A stretch of DNA of 64,000 nucleotides, taken from Candidatus Micrarchaeota archaeon (GTDB taxonomy: Archaea > Micrarchaeota > Micrarchaeia > Anstonellales > Bilamarchaeaceae). The first letter of the stretch is position 1. Each line of letters opens with the position of its first letter. The stretch lies in NCBI GenBank assembly GCA_016926175.1, contig JAFGPA010000009.1, positions 54-64,053 of the forward strand, in the 5' to 3' direction. This document shows positions 47,402 to 55,876 of the stretch, piece after piece. Both the position numbers and the translations under genes were made by a program. A model generated the notes under the pieces. It searched no databases. It had not been told where the DNA came from and worked only from the letters and a program-made list of their open reading frames with translations.

Positions 47402-48343
47402 ATGGATAAGAATAACGAGCTTGTCAAAGAAATAAGCACTCTGATGAAAACTCATCCTGATAACTGGCAAAATAAACTAAGTGACAAAACAAAAAAGAAA
47501 TTAAGAGAACAGATAATGAAAAAAAGAATCACAGACAATCTCAAAATAATCAAATATCTCAACCAGAAAAAAATAGATTATCTTGTGCTGAAGGGCATTT
47601 CATTATGGTATTTTGATCGTGGGAGAGATTTTGAGGACCTTGACATTCTTGTCGATCCAGAAGATGTTGAAAAAACTGCAACCTTTCTTATCAGGGACTT
47701 TGGCTACCGCTATGATCGGCTCGAGGAACTGGATTTCCTAAGAAATCCTGAACAGAATCATGCCCATGATGTTTCAATCATAGCTCCAAAGATGATTCCT
47801 ATTGAAATTCATTACCGCATGTTCAACTATCTTGATCAACATAGTCTGCCTTTGATGGCTGATAAGGTTTTTCTTGACTATGAAGGGGTGAAGATTCCGT
47901 GCCAGTCCAAAGAACTGCAGTTGCTTGAAGCATTTCTGCACAACGTGTATCATCATTTTTTCATCTGTGATCGCAAAAAATGGATAAATGATCTGAACAT
48001 CATTATTGGCAATTACAATATTGATTGGGACAAATTCCTTTGGATCCTTGCTGAATTAAAACAAAAAGAAGTCATTTACCTTACAGTTAAAATGCTGAAT
48101 CCCAAAATGCCTCCTCAGGTTCTAAAACGTCTGAAGCCCGTTTCATTGCTGTCCTATATCAAGAAACCTGTTTTCATATGGGCAGCCTATTTTGTCTGGG
48201 ACAGGCTCTTTCCACCAAAAGGCATCCTGTACCAGAGATTCCACATAAAAGAAAATTCAATATTCTTTTTCCTGAGTTATCCTGCAAACTGGATTCGGCT
48301 GGTTTTTGTTACCATGAAACTGGTCCTGAAAAAGATCTTCTAA
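47402..48343 (+). CDS. Uncharacterised nucleotidyltransferase family protein (NTP_transf_5-like)
   Basis: YLVLKGISLWYFDRGRDFEDLDILVDPEDVEKTATFLIRDFGY and HAHDVS...IEIHY. Confidence 0.68.
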   Translation: MDKNNELVKEISTLMKTHPDNWQNKLSDKTKKKLREQIMKKRITDNLKIIKYLNQKKIDYLVLKGISLWYFDRGRDFEDLDILVDPEDVEKTATFLIRDFGYRYDRLEELDFLRNPEQNHAHDVSIIAPKMIPIEIHYRMFNYLDQHSLPLMADKVFLDYEGVKIPCQSKELQLLEAFLHNVYHHFFICDRKKWINDLNIIIGNYNIDWDKFLWILAELKQKEVIYLTVKMLNPKMPPQVLKRLKPVSLLSYIKKPVFIWAAYFVWDRLFPPKGILYQRFHIKENSIFFFLSYPANWIRLVFVTMKLVLKKIF

Positions 48344-49269
48344 TCTCCGAGGAACTCCAGCAGTTTTTTCCGTACTTCTACCTCCTCATAGCCCGCATAA
48401 AATTCAAAACAATCTACTCCTTCAACTAAAGATGCATATTTCTTGAAAATATCTCCAGTTCCATCCGTGATGTCTTTATTTAAGATAGCCCAAACGAAAG
48501 GTATCTCTTTCTTGTAAATTCTTATCAGGTTCAATAATGCTATCTTGTAATCCATCTTCTTTATTTCACTAGTGTCATTGTTCCAAATTTTCAAGAATAT
48601 TATGGTGTCTGGTTTTCCATATTCAAAGTCATGATCCACGTATTTTTCGATTTTAAAAGATTTAGATTTTATCTCAAATCTCTTTTCCAAGTCCTTATCA
48701 ATTGTGGTATTCATGCTAAATGGAACCAATCCTTTCCCGTCAAATAATACTGAATCATCACTGATGGCCTTTGCTCCATTTCGAACTAATCTAAGTAAAG
48801 ATGATGATTTTCCACAGTGGCTATCTCCGCAAAAAATGATGTTCTTTCCATTATAATGCGCTGCTGATGCATGGATATACACCATTCCGTTTTCCTGAGC
48901 TGAAATAATTATTGACCATTTTAACAATAATCTTAACATCAATCTAAGTTCTTCTGTATCGTCAATATAATCTACAATCATTTCTCTTTTGACAGGATCC
49001 ATTACAATGGAATATTCTTTGTCTTTGCCGATTATGAAAATCTTTTTGTTGTGTGCATATATTGCCTGCCCATCAAAGACATTGGTCCTTATTGCTTTGT
49101 TAGGAACCTCAATTTTTGATGTTTTTTTGATTCTGGTGAAAAAAACATGATCTTTTTCCTTTATCTGGTACTGATTTATCTCATTGTCAATATACTTGAA
49201 AAGATCGTCTTTATCATGTTCGATTTTAAGAACCACATTTGCGAAATTATAATAATCATCCATGTGCAT
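48340..49269 (-). CDS. HPr-kinase-related (HprK C-terminal domain-like) P-loop protein
   Basis: IHASAAHYNGKNIIFCGDSHCGKSSSLLRLV...AISDD mirrors the HprK GxSGxGKS P-loop context. Confidence 0.68.
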   Translation of the reverse strand: MHMDDYYNFANVVLKIEHDKDDLFKYIDNEINQYQIKEKDHVFFTRIKKTSKIEVPNKAIRTNVFDGQAIYAHNKKIFIIGKDKEYSIVMDPVKREMIVDYIDDTEELRLMLRLLLKWSIIISAQENGMVYIHASAAHYNGKNIIFCGDSHCGKSSSLLRLVRNGAKAISDDSVLFDGKGLVPFSMNTTIDKDLEKRFEIKSKSFKIEKYVDHDFEYGKPDTIIFLKIWNNDTSEIKKMDYKIALLNLIRIYKKEIPFVWAILNKDITDGTGDIFKKYASLVEGVDCFEFYAGYEEVEVRKKLLEFLGD

Positions 49270-49702
49270 TCATCCTCTCTACTGTTGGTAAATATGGGTA
49301 AAATATTGATGCTGCTTTTAGTAAAAAGAAATGTTTTTTCTTTTTAAGATCAAATGCCTTTGAATACAAAATAAAATATGGCAGAAACAATAATATGAAG
49401 AACTCTCCAACACGGTTTTTTATTACTGGCATTTCCTTTCCCACAACAACCCCAAGTACCTTATCCTTTTTGAATGGAAAGTTAAAAAATCTGCAATTAT
49501 CTCCCTTTGTAAAATAATATCCTGCACATTTATGCAACAACCTGTGAGCTATCCTCATCCCATACCGGTTTTCAAATAAAATAACATCCCCGATTTTCGG
49601 TTCAACTGTCCTGTCTACCAATAATGTTTCCTTGGGGTCAATGCTTGGCTGCATGTCATTGCCATAGAGCACCTTAACCTTTTCCAAATTCTTCAAAGAC
49701 AT
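49256..49702 (-). CDS. S24/S26-like (type I signal peptidase-like) protein with C-terminal TM
   Basis: YGNDMQPSI ... IGDVILFE ... RIAHRL ... TKGDN blocks resemble archaeal/ER signal peptidase. The nucleophile position looks substituted. Confidence 0.55.
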   Translation of the reverse strand: MSLKNLEKVKVLYGNDMQPSIDPKETLLVDRTVEPKIGDVILFENRYGMRIAHRLLHKCAGYYFTKGDNCRFFNFPFKKDKVLGVVVGKEMPVIKNRVGEFFILLFLPYFILYSKAFDLKKKKHFFLLKAASIFYPYLPTVERMNAHG

Positions 49703-50783
49703 TGTTTATCTCCTTTTTATACCTGTCAAAATTGAACTTTTCTGTAATCTCCCTGGTTCCCCTGCGTTTTTCCATTCTTAAATCATCATCAGACAGGATC
49801 CTTCCCAGTCCTTCTGCATAATCATTTATGTCCTTATGTCTTGCACAGTATCCGAATCTGCCGATTGTTTCCCTGTCAAAACCTGCATATTCGTTTGTGA
49901 CAACCGGCAGGCCATATCCTATGCATTCTGACAATGCAATGGGGCATTCATCAAAGCAGAATGGCATGAATGCGCATTCTGCAGCCTGCATGTATCTGTG
50001 GAGCTGCTCCTTTGGCAAGAAACCAGTGGCAATGACATTCGCCTTCCCCCCTGCTTCATGGAGGAGCTGTTTCATATAGTCCTGCTCATAATTGTTTATC
50101 CTTCCGGTAATTATCAGTATTGCATTGGGCATCATATCTTTCAGCAGTTTCATCGTCTCTATTGCATATTTTACTCCTTTCATGACCCTAAGTTCTGCAG
50201 GCATGATAATTATCCTCATCTTTCCCACTTTTCTTTCCCCTCCAGGCTGCATCTTTGGAATTGGCCTTGCTATGTAAACAATTTTTCCAGGTGCAATGCC
50301 CTGTTCCACTATGTGCTCCTGGATCTTCATGGAGTGTACAATTATCTTTTCAGCTTTTTCGTAGTTTTCTATCTCCCTTTCTGCAACAAACCCATAATAG
50401 TCAAGTAATTTCCTGAAGTGTGCAGTCTCAGGATATTCCCCATCCACAAGCTCCACTACTTTTTTGTAGGGTACATTTGAAGTATAATATATGAATTTTT
50501 CAGATAAAAAGAGCCCCATGCTGTTGAATGCAAGCACTGCATCATGGTCTGCATGGCTGACCTTGCGGCCAAAATCCTTTGCCAGTGCAATGGTATTGTG
50601 ATACCTGTTCATCAGATCTGCCGGATCATTGTTGCCTTCTTCAAGCCTTACATTCCCTCCATTCGGAGCAAAAACTATTTTTTCATGCCCGGACAGGGCA
50701 TCATTGATGTTTCTGAATGCAGTTCTGAAGCCGTTCCATTCCTGATTCTCAAGGTTGTCCGGAACGCCTATGGCTATTTTCAT
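49674..50783 (-). CDS. GT-B fold glycosyltransferase (family 4-like)
   Basis: C-terminal FMPFCFDECPIALSECIGYGLPVV (E-x7-E region). Confidence 0.85.
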   Translation of the reverse strand: MKIAIGVPDNLENQEWNGFRTAFRNINDALSGHEKIVFAPNGGNVRLEEGNNDPADLMNRYHNTIALAKDFGRKVSHADHDAVLAFNSMGLFLSEKFIYYTSNVPYKKVVELVDGEYPETAHFRKLLDYYGFVAEREIENYEKAEKIIVHSMKIQEHIVEQGIAPGKIVYIARPIPKMQPGGERKVGKMRIIIMPAELRVMKGVKYAIETMKLLKDMMPNAILIITGRINNYEQDYMKQLLHEAGGKANVIATGFLPKEQLHRYMQAAECAFMPFCFDECPIALSECIGYGLPVVTNEYAGFDRETIGRFGYCARHKDINDYAEGLGRILSDDDLRMEKRRGTREITEKFNFDRYKKEINNVFEEFGKG

Positions 50784-50829
50784 ATAATCCTCTTTCCGTG
50801 CAATTCTTAAAAACTGTATTTTTCTGCCG

Positions 50830-51306
50830 TCAGTTCATTATCCATATGTAAAAATTTAGGATTGCTGCAAATGAGACCCAAAGGATGTAAGGGACAAGGA
50901 GCAAACCTGCGCCTTTTGAAATTCTCCAGAACAATGCGGCGGAAGCAAGAATGGAGAACCATAAAATTATTATTTCAATGAATGCGTAAAAAGGCGAACG
51001 CAGTCCAAAGAAGAGTATTGACCACAAAGCATTGAGGAAAAGCTGTATGCCAAAAACCCCAAGTGCAATCCGCACCTCTTCTTTTTCCAGCCCCTTCCTG
51101 AGGATAAGATATGCAGAAATCCCCATAAGGGTATAAAGAGTGATCCATACCGGGCCAAAAACCCAGTTTGGAGGGGCAAAATCCGGCCTTACAAGATCCA
51201 CATACCATTCAGGTATTGCATTTAAAGTGAACAGAGATCCTATAATCCCTGCAAGCTGGCATATGATGATCAGTGCAATTGCCTTGACTATTTCCTTTGG
51301 CTTCAT
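50830..51306 (-). CDS. tspO: TspO/MBR tryptophan-rich sensory protein
   Basis: 158 aa, 5 TMs, PPNWVFGPVWITLYTLMGISAYL, FLNALWSILFF. Confidence 0.85.
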   Translation of the reverse strand: MKPKEIVKAIALIIICQLAGIIGSLFTLNAIPEWYVDLVRPDFAPPNWVFGPVWITLYTLMGISAYLILRKGLEKEEVRIALGVFGIQLFLNALWSILFFGLRSPFYAFIEIIILWFSILASAALFWRISKGAGLLLVPYILWVSFAAILNFYIWIMN

Positions 51307-51360
51307 CTATGAAGATTTCTTCCAATCAATTTAAAATTAATGCTTCAGGGAACTGCAGGC

Positions 51361-52578
51361 TTATCCTTTCTTCCTGGTCATACTGTATGCTATAGTGCCA
51401 ATTATTGCTATTAGTGTTGTAGTTATTATCAGAATGACGATTATGTCTGTAATCAAAGGAATCTCTATCCCCTCCTGGGCAGGTACAAATGCAAGCACGG
51501 CTGCTACATAGCCTCTGGGAATCATAATCGTTATTATCATTTTGTATTCTGAGTATGCATGCTCCAGCATTGAAAGGAGGCTTGCTGAAAGGTATCTTAC
51601 AATTAATATAATGCCTATTATGGCGGCTATCACGATAATTGATATCTTTTCCAGCAGTGCAGGGTCAAACGTGATTCCAAGCAGCACAAAGAAAGATGAT
51701 GCAAGGAAAAATGTCATATCTGTCTGAACTGATTTGATGGACCTGATTCTGGTGTCTATCGTATCGCTTCCCTTCAGTTTTGCCGGGCGCTTTATGAATT
51801 TAAAGATCTTATGGTAATTTCCAAGAAGCAGGCTGAAAGTAAATATTGCTATTATTGGATTGCCGCCCAGATAATCTGCAAGGAAATAAAGGACAAAGCA
51901 TATTCCAAGGGTTGAAGCGTAGCTTAGCTCCTTTCTCCTGCTTATCCTTGTCAGTACAAATCTCCAGAAAATGCTTGCAACCAGGCCAATAAGCATTGCT
52001 ACGGAAAATTCTGAGATCAGCCTGCCTGCAGCGTCACCAAGGCCCATCTCCCCAAGTGATATTAGCCTGACAATGAAGAAAGTTCCGAGAATCAGTGTGA
52101 AATCATTTATTATGGTTTCAAGAAGAATGAGCCTCCTTATGTTGCTGGTTACGTCAATTGACCTGAGCAAAGCCATAGAAGTAATTGTAGTGGTTCCGCT
52201 GGATATCAGTCCCAGAAGGGCAGCATGCCAAATCTGCCAGTTGAATAAAAAGTGAAGGACCCCGGCCACTGCGCATGTGGTAAAAATCGCTACCATGAAT
52301 GTGAAAAGCACTGCCTTCTGAAGCGACCCCCGTAGTTTGGAAATATCAAATTCTATTCCGGATTCTATCAGTATTGCAACCATTGCAGCGACTGAAATCA
52401 CCGGCAGATAAGCAAGCATATCCTTGCCAGGCACAATTCCAAATACTGGTCCGAGCAGAAGTCCGAAAATTATCAGAAACAGGGATTCAGGTATCTTGCT
52501 TTTTTGCCTCATCAGTCTTCCTGCAAAGCCGATCAGTATCACGATTCCGATAACCAGAAAAAATGAGTGGGTGTCCAT
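51361..52578 (-). CDS. Na+/H+ exchanger (CPA1 / NhaP-like)
   Basis: 405 aa polytopic membrane protein. Confidence 0.75.
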   Translation of the reverse strand: MDTHSFFLVIGIVILIGFAGRLMRQKSKIPESLFLIIFGLLLGPVFGIVPGKDMLAYLPVISVAAMVAILIESGIEFDISKLRGSLQKAVLFTFMVAIFTTCAVAGVLHFLFNWQIWHAALLGLISSGTTTITSMALLRSIDVTSNIRRLILLETIINDFTLILGTFFIVRLISLGEMGLGDAAGRLISEFSVAMLIGLVASIFWRFVLTRISRRKELSYASTLGICFVLYFLADYLGGNPIIAIFTFSLLLGNYHKIFKFIKRPAKLKGSDTIDTRIRSIKSVQTDMTFFLASSFFVLLGITFDPALLEKISIIVIAAIIGIILIVRYLSASLLSMLEHAYSEYKMIITIMIPRGYVAAVLAFVPAQEGIEIPLITDIIVILIITTTLIAIIGTIAYSMTRKKG

Positions 52579-52733
52579 TTCTTATTTTTCCCTCTTAGTT
52601 CTGGCCGTTATGCCCGGTGCAATCGCTTCATAATCATCATCAGGAACTTTCTTTCCTGATGCAATCTTTGAACGGCTGATCATAGAAGGACTCTCCTGCC
52701 AATGTTTTTATTAATTGCGAACTGCCGGGATTA

Positions 52734-53594
52734 TCAACTGAAGATCTTTTTTTCAATCGCTTTAACCGCTTTTTTGAATCCCTTTGCACCAGCTCCTTTC
52801 CCTTTTATGGGTGGTATCGCCTGGGCAAGCAGGCGGGGTATCTCTTCGTCATAAGGCACCTGCGCAATAAGCGCTTCACCAAATTCCACTGTGATCTTTT
52901 TTTCATAAGTTTCGGATATGCCTGCCTTGTTTATCACTACTGAAAACGGAATATTGAAATGCCTTACTACTTCAAGAGCCCTTTTCAGATTCGCTATGCT
53001 GGCAGGAGTAGGCTCTACCACTCCTACTGCATAGTCACATCCTGTAAGGGCTGCTATTACAGGACAGCCAATGCCTGCAGGTGCGTCGATAATAGTCAAT
53101 TCCGTGCCTCTTTCCTTTGCAATGGATTCTGCAGCTTTTTTTACTTCAAAAACAACCTTCCCGCTTCCGGATTCTCCAGGTTCCAGTTTTCCGTAAACCA
53201 GGGGAAAATGCTTTGTTTCCTTTACAATAAGTTCCCCGCCTAACTTCGGCATAAGCTTTATGGCATCGGGGCATACAAGAACGCAGGCACCGCATCCCTC
53301 GCATTTCAGCCTGTCTATAACTGCTTTGCTATTGATTATCCTTATAGCGCCAAATCGGCAGACCTCTGCACAGCGATGAGAAAAGATGTGTTTGCTCTCA
53401 TCAAAAACAGCGGTCTTTGATACGTATAGCGGTTCCTTTCGCAAAATCTCTCCTGGAAAAAGAATGTGCTGATTGGGGCAATCAACATCCGCATCAACAA
53501 GCACCATATTCTTCTTTGACATCTCCAGTGCCAGTGATGATGCAAATGAAGATTTTCCAGTGCCTCCTTTTCCGCTAAGAATTGCCACTTTCAT
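52734..53594 (-). CDS. MinD/ParA-superfamily P-loop ATPase with inserted 4Fe-4S ferredoxin domain
   Basis: Deviant Walker A SGKGGTGKSS. Cys clusters CAEVCRFGAI and CEGCGACVLVCPDAI. Confidence 0.85.
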   Translation of the reverse strand: MKVAILSGKGGTGKSSFASSLALEMSKKNMVLVDADVDCPNQHILFPGEILRKEPLYVSKTAVFDESKHIFSHRCAEVCRFGAIRIINSKAVIDRLKCEGCGACVLVCPDAIKLMPKLGGELIVKETKHFPLVYGKLEPGESGSGKVVFEVKKAAESIAKERGTELTIIDAPAGIGCPVIAALTGCDYAVGVVEPTPASIANLKRALEVVRHFNIPFSVVINKAGISETYEKKITVEFGEALIAQVPYDEEIPRLLAQAIPPIKGKGAGAKGFKKAVKAIEKKIFS

Positions 53595-54433
53595 TCAACC
53601 AACCTCTTTGCAAATGACAATATCCTCTTTGAGATCTGGTGTTCCGGATATTTTTCAACAATGGGAATCCCATCAACATAACACTCAACCATGGTTTTGT
53701 CATAAGGTATCTCAAGGACTGACTCTATTTTCCTATCGGATATGGTGCTTCTATTTACTACAGTTTCATAAGGGATACCCAGTTTTTCCAGAACTGCTGA
53801 GATTATTTTAAGGTCATTCTCGCCAAAAAAAGTCGGTTCAGTTATGGCCAATGCCCTGTCGCATCCTCCCAATGCACAGACTACTGGGCAATGAGCTCCT
53901 GCAGCAGTATCAACTATCACGATTTCGTGCTTCTTTGCCAGTCCTCTTTGCTTGACTGCATCAACAATCTTTTCGCTTAATGGTTCAGAAGGCTTCAGTT
54001 CTCCGGAAAAAAATTCCACTCCATATTTTTTTGCAGTGTAAGTCCATCCTATGACCTTGCATGACTCTTCAATTGCACCGAATGGGCATGCAATCATGCA
54101 TGCGCCGCATCCGCTGCATAGCGAATCGACCAATTCAGGGAGTTTGCCTGTTAACTGATAAAGAGCATTGAACTCGCATGCACTGACGCATTTTCCGCAT
54201 TTCATGCATTTCTCCTTGATAAAATGCGGCAGAAAAGAGCGAACCTCTTCCCTGTCCCTCAATTCAGTGCCGGCTATTATATGGGCGCTTGGGCAGTCTG
54301 CATCGCAGTCAAGGTAAGCAACTTTCTTTCCCATGCGGGCGAAGGCAATTGCAAGATTTACTGCAAAAACAGTTTTTCCTGTTCCTCCTTTTCCTCCTGT
54401 AATTCCGAGTATCATTCTTTCCCTCATTTGCAT
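53591..54433 (-). CDS. MinD/ParA-superfamily P-loop ATPase with inserted 4Fe-4S ferredoxin domain (paralog)
   Basis: TGGKGGTGKT. CMKCGKCVSACEFNA and CSGCGACMIACPFGAI. ATGA overlap with the downstream paralog. Confidence 0.85.
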   Translation of the reverse strand: MQMRERMILGITGGKGGTGKTVFAVNLAIAFARMGKKVAYLDCDADCPSAHIIAGTELRDREEVRSFLPHFIKEKCMKCGKCVSACEFNALYQLTGKLPELVDSLCSGCGACMIACPFGAIEESCKVIGWTYTAKKYGVEFFSGELKPSEPLSEKIVDAVKQRGLAKKHEIVIVDTAAGAHCPVVCALGGCDRALAITEPTFFGENDLKIISAVLEKLGIPYETVVNRSTISDRKIESVLEIPYDKTMVECYVDGIPIVEKYPEHQISKRILSFAKRLVE

Positions 54434-54461
54434 CTATTAACCGCATATTCTACTGAAAATT

Positions 54462-54809
54462 TCAATGATTGCAGGAATTTTCATTTGTTTTTAGCGTTCT
54501 TTTCAGGTAGCGATCAACCAAACCAGTTATATCCCCTTTTGCACCGTACACTACTTCAATATCCATTTTACCAAAAAGGGCTATTGCAGACGGCCCTATT
54601 CCATCAGTAATCAGAACATTTGCGCCAAGGGATCTCACAAATTCCGGTATTGCGCCGGGAACATGTTTTTCACAATAAGGATTTTTTACAATTTCAGTAT
54701 TTTTTATTTTGCCATCCTCGATTTCAAAAACAACAAAATTGGAGCAATGGGCGAAATGTGCGGCTGCATTCCCATCTGCGCCTCCTTCTGTTGCAACTAC
54801 TATTTTCAC
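54462..54809 (-). CDS. NifX/NifB-C-terminal-like (dinitrogenase FeMo-cofactor-binding family) small protein
   Basis: 115 aa. HFAHCSNFVVFE...G(A)NVLITDGIGPSAIALF pattern. Confidence 0.8.
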   Translation of the reverse strand: MKIVVATEGGADGNAAAHFAHCSNFVVFEIEDGKIKNTEIVKNPYCEKHVPGAIPEFVRSLGANVLITDGIGPSAIALFGKMDIEVVYGAKGDITGLVDRYLKRTLKTNENSCNH

Positions 54810-55231
54810 GGCCTGCCACCTTTGAATCCTGTGCCCCGGCCCGACATTCTGCCTCTTCCAAAGCCCATGCCAAAATGGCCAGGGGCGGTGGGAGCGTTTA
54901 CAGCAGAAAGCTTTCCGGCAAGCAGTTCTTTAACTGCATCTTCAACAGTAGCTGCAGAAGAATATATCCTTACGCCTGCCTGTAGAAGCACTGCAAGTGC
55001 ATTAGGGCCGCAGTTGCCTGTTATTACCGCTTCTACTCCGGCATCAATAACGGCCTGCGCAGCAGCTACGCCGGCTCCGCCGCCTGCCTGACCTCCGGGA
55101 TTAGCTATGATGTCAACTTTTCCGATATTATTTTCTTTAGTATTGATTACCGTGAATGTAGGGCAGCGGCCGAAAACAGGACAAATGCTATCTTTCAACC
55201 CTCCTTCCGAAGTTGAGACTGCAATTTTCAT
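54806..55231 (-). CDS. NifX/NifB-C-terminal-like small protein with Gly/Arg-rich tail
   Basis: VFGRCPTFTVI ... VEAVITGNCGPNALAVL, then the tail GHFGMGFGRGRMSGRGTGFKGGRP. Confidence 0.8.
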   Translation of the reverse strand: MKIAVSTSEGGLKDSICPVFGRCPTFTVINTKENNIGKVDIIANPGGQAGGGAGVAAAQAVIDAGVEAVITGNCGPNALAVLLQAGVRIYSSAATVEDAVKELLAGKLSAVNAPTAPGHFGMGFGRGRMSGRGTGFKGGRP

Positions 55232-55486
55232 TTAATCACGTTTCTCCAGAGTGGCTATCCTTTTCCTTACTTCCTCCAATTCTGCTCCAAGTTCATCTGC
55301 ATATGATTTCAGTTCTTTGATTTCATCATTTTTTGCAGGCTGGATCCCTGCCGGGTATCCCGCCCAAAAACCCCTTCCAAATCCGCCTCCACGGCCAAAG
55401 CCCATCCCCATGCCTCTTCCGTAACCTCTTCTGCAATTCCATCTTCCCTGCCCCCAAAAAGGGCCCGTTCCATCTCCTGCTGGCAT
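55232..55486 (-). CDS. DUF5320-like protein (Gly/Arg-rich N-terminus, coiled-coil C-terminus)
   Basis: MPAGDGTGPFWGQG...GYGRGMGMGFGRGGGFGRGF then ELKSYADELGAELEEVRKRIATLE. No intergenic gap on either side. Confidence 0.7.
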   Translation of the reverse strand: MPAGDGTGPFWGQGRWNCRRGYGRGMGMGFGRGGGFGRGFWAGYPAGIQPAKNDEIKELKSYADELGAELEEVRKRIATLEKRD

Positions 55487-55795
55487 TCATTCACCTCTTT
55501 TTTTCTTTACCGAATAGTTGCCACCATAAATCTTGATGGCTTTTCCATTGACAAGCGCATTTGCAATCTTTTTATGGGCTGACTGAAGCAGCCTGTGAAG
55601 AGTTGGCTGTGAGATACCCATTTTTTTTGCTGTTTCTGCCTGTTTAAAACATTCCAGGTCACTAAGCCTGACAGATTCGAACTCCTCAACTGTTAGTTCC
55701 ACTTCCTGCAGGTCAATCAGCGGCACTGCACGGGGCTTGAAATATGTAACGCCCGGCTCTGCATATACCATTCTGCACTTCTTCGGCCTTGTCAT
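55487..55795 (-). CDS. DUF134/UPF0251 family predicted DNA-binding protein
   Basis: MTRPKKCRMV...FKPRAVPL...LTVEEFESVRLSDLE...ETAKKMGISQPTLHRLLQSAHKKIANALVNGKAIKI. Start moved from 55990 to ATG 55795. Confidence 0.8.
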   Translation of the reverse strand: MTRPKKCRMVYAEPGVTYFKPRAVPLIDLQEVELTVEEFESVRLSDLECFKQAETAKKMGISQPTLHRLLQSAHKKIANALVNGKAIKIYGGNYSVKKKRGE

Positions 55796-55798
55796 ATT

Positions 55799-55816
55799 TA
55801 TGAATATATATTCATA
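55799..55816. promoter_or_regulatory. Perfect 18-bp AT-rich palindrome at the divergent promoter of the DUF134 operon and the Trx-CcdA gene
   Basis: tatgaatat/atattcata, starting 4 nt upstream of the DUF134 ATG. Confidence 0.3.
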
Positions 55817-55876
55817 ATATTTAAAAACTGTTTTGATTAACAGCAAAGTTAAAAAATTTAAGGGAGTTAAAAAATC

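Noticed and set aside
54462-55231. Nitrogen-fixation locus.
   Set aside because: Only small NifX/NifB-C-terminal-like carrier domains are present. There is no nifHDK, nifEN or radical-SAM NifB domain in the window.
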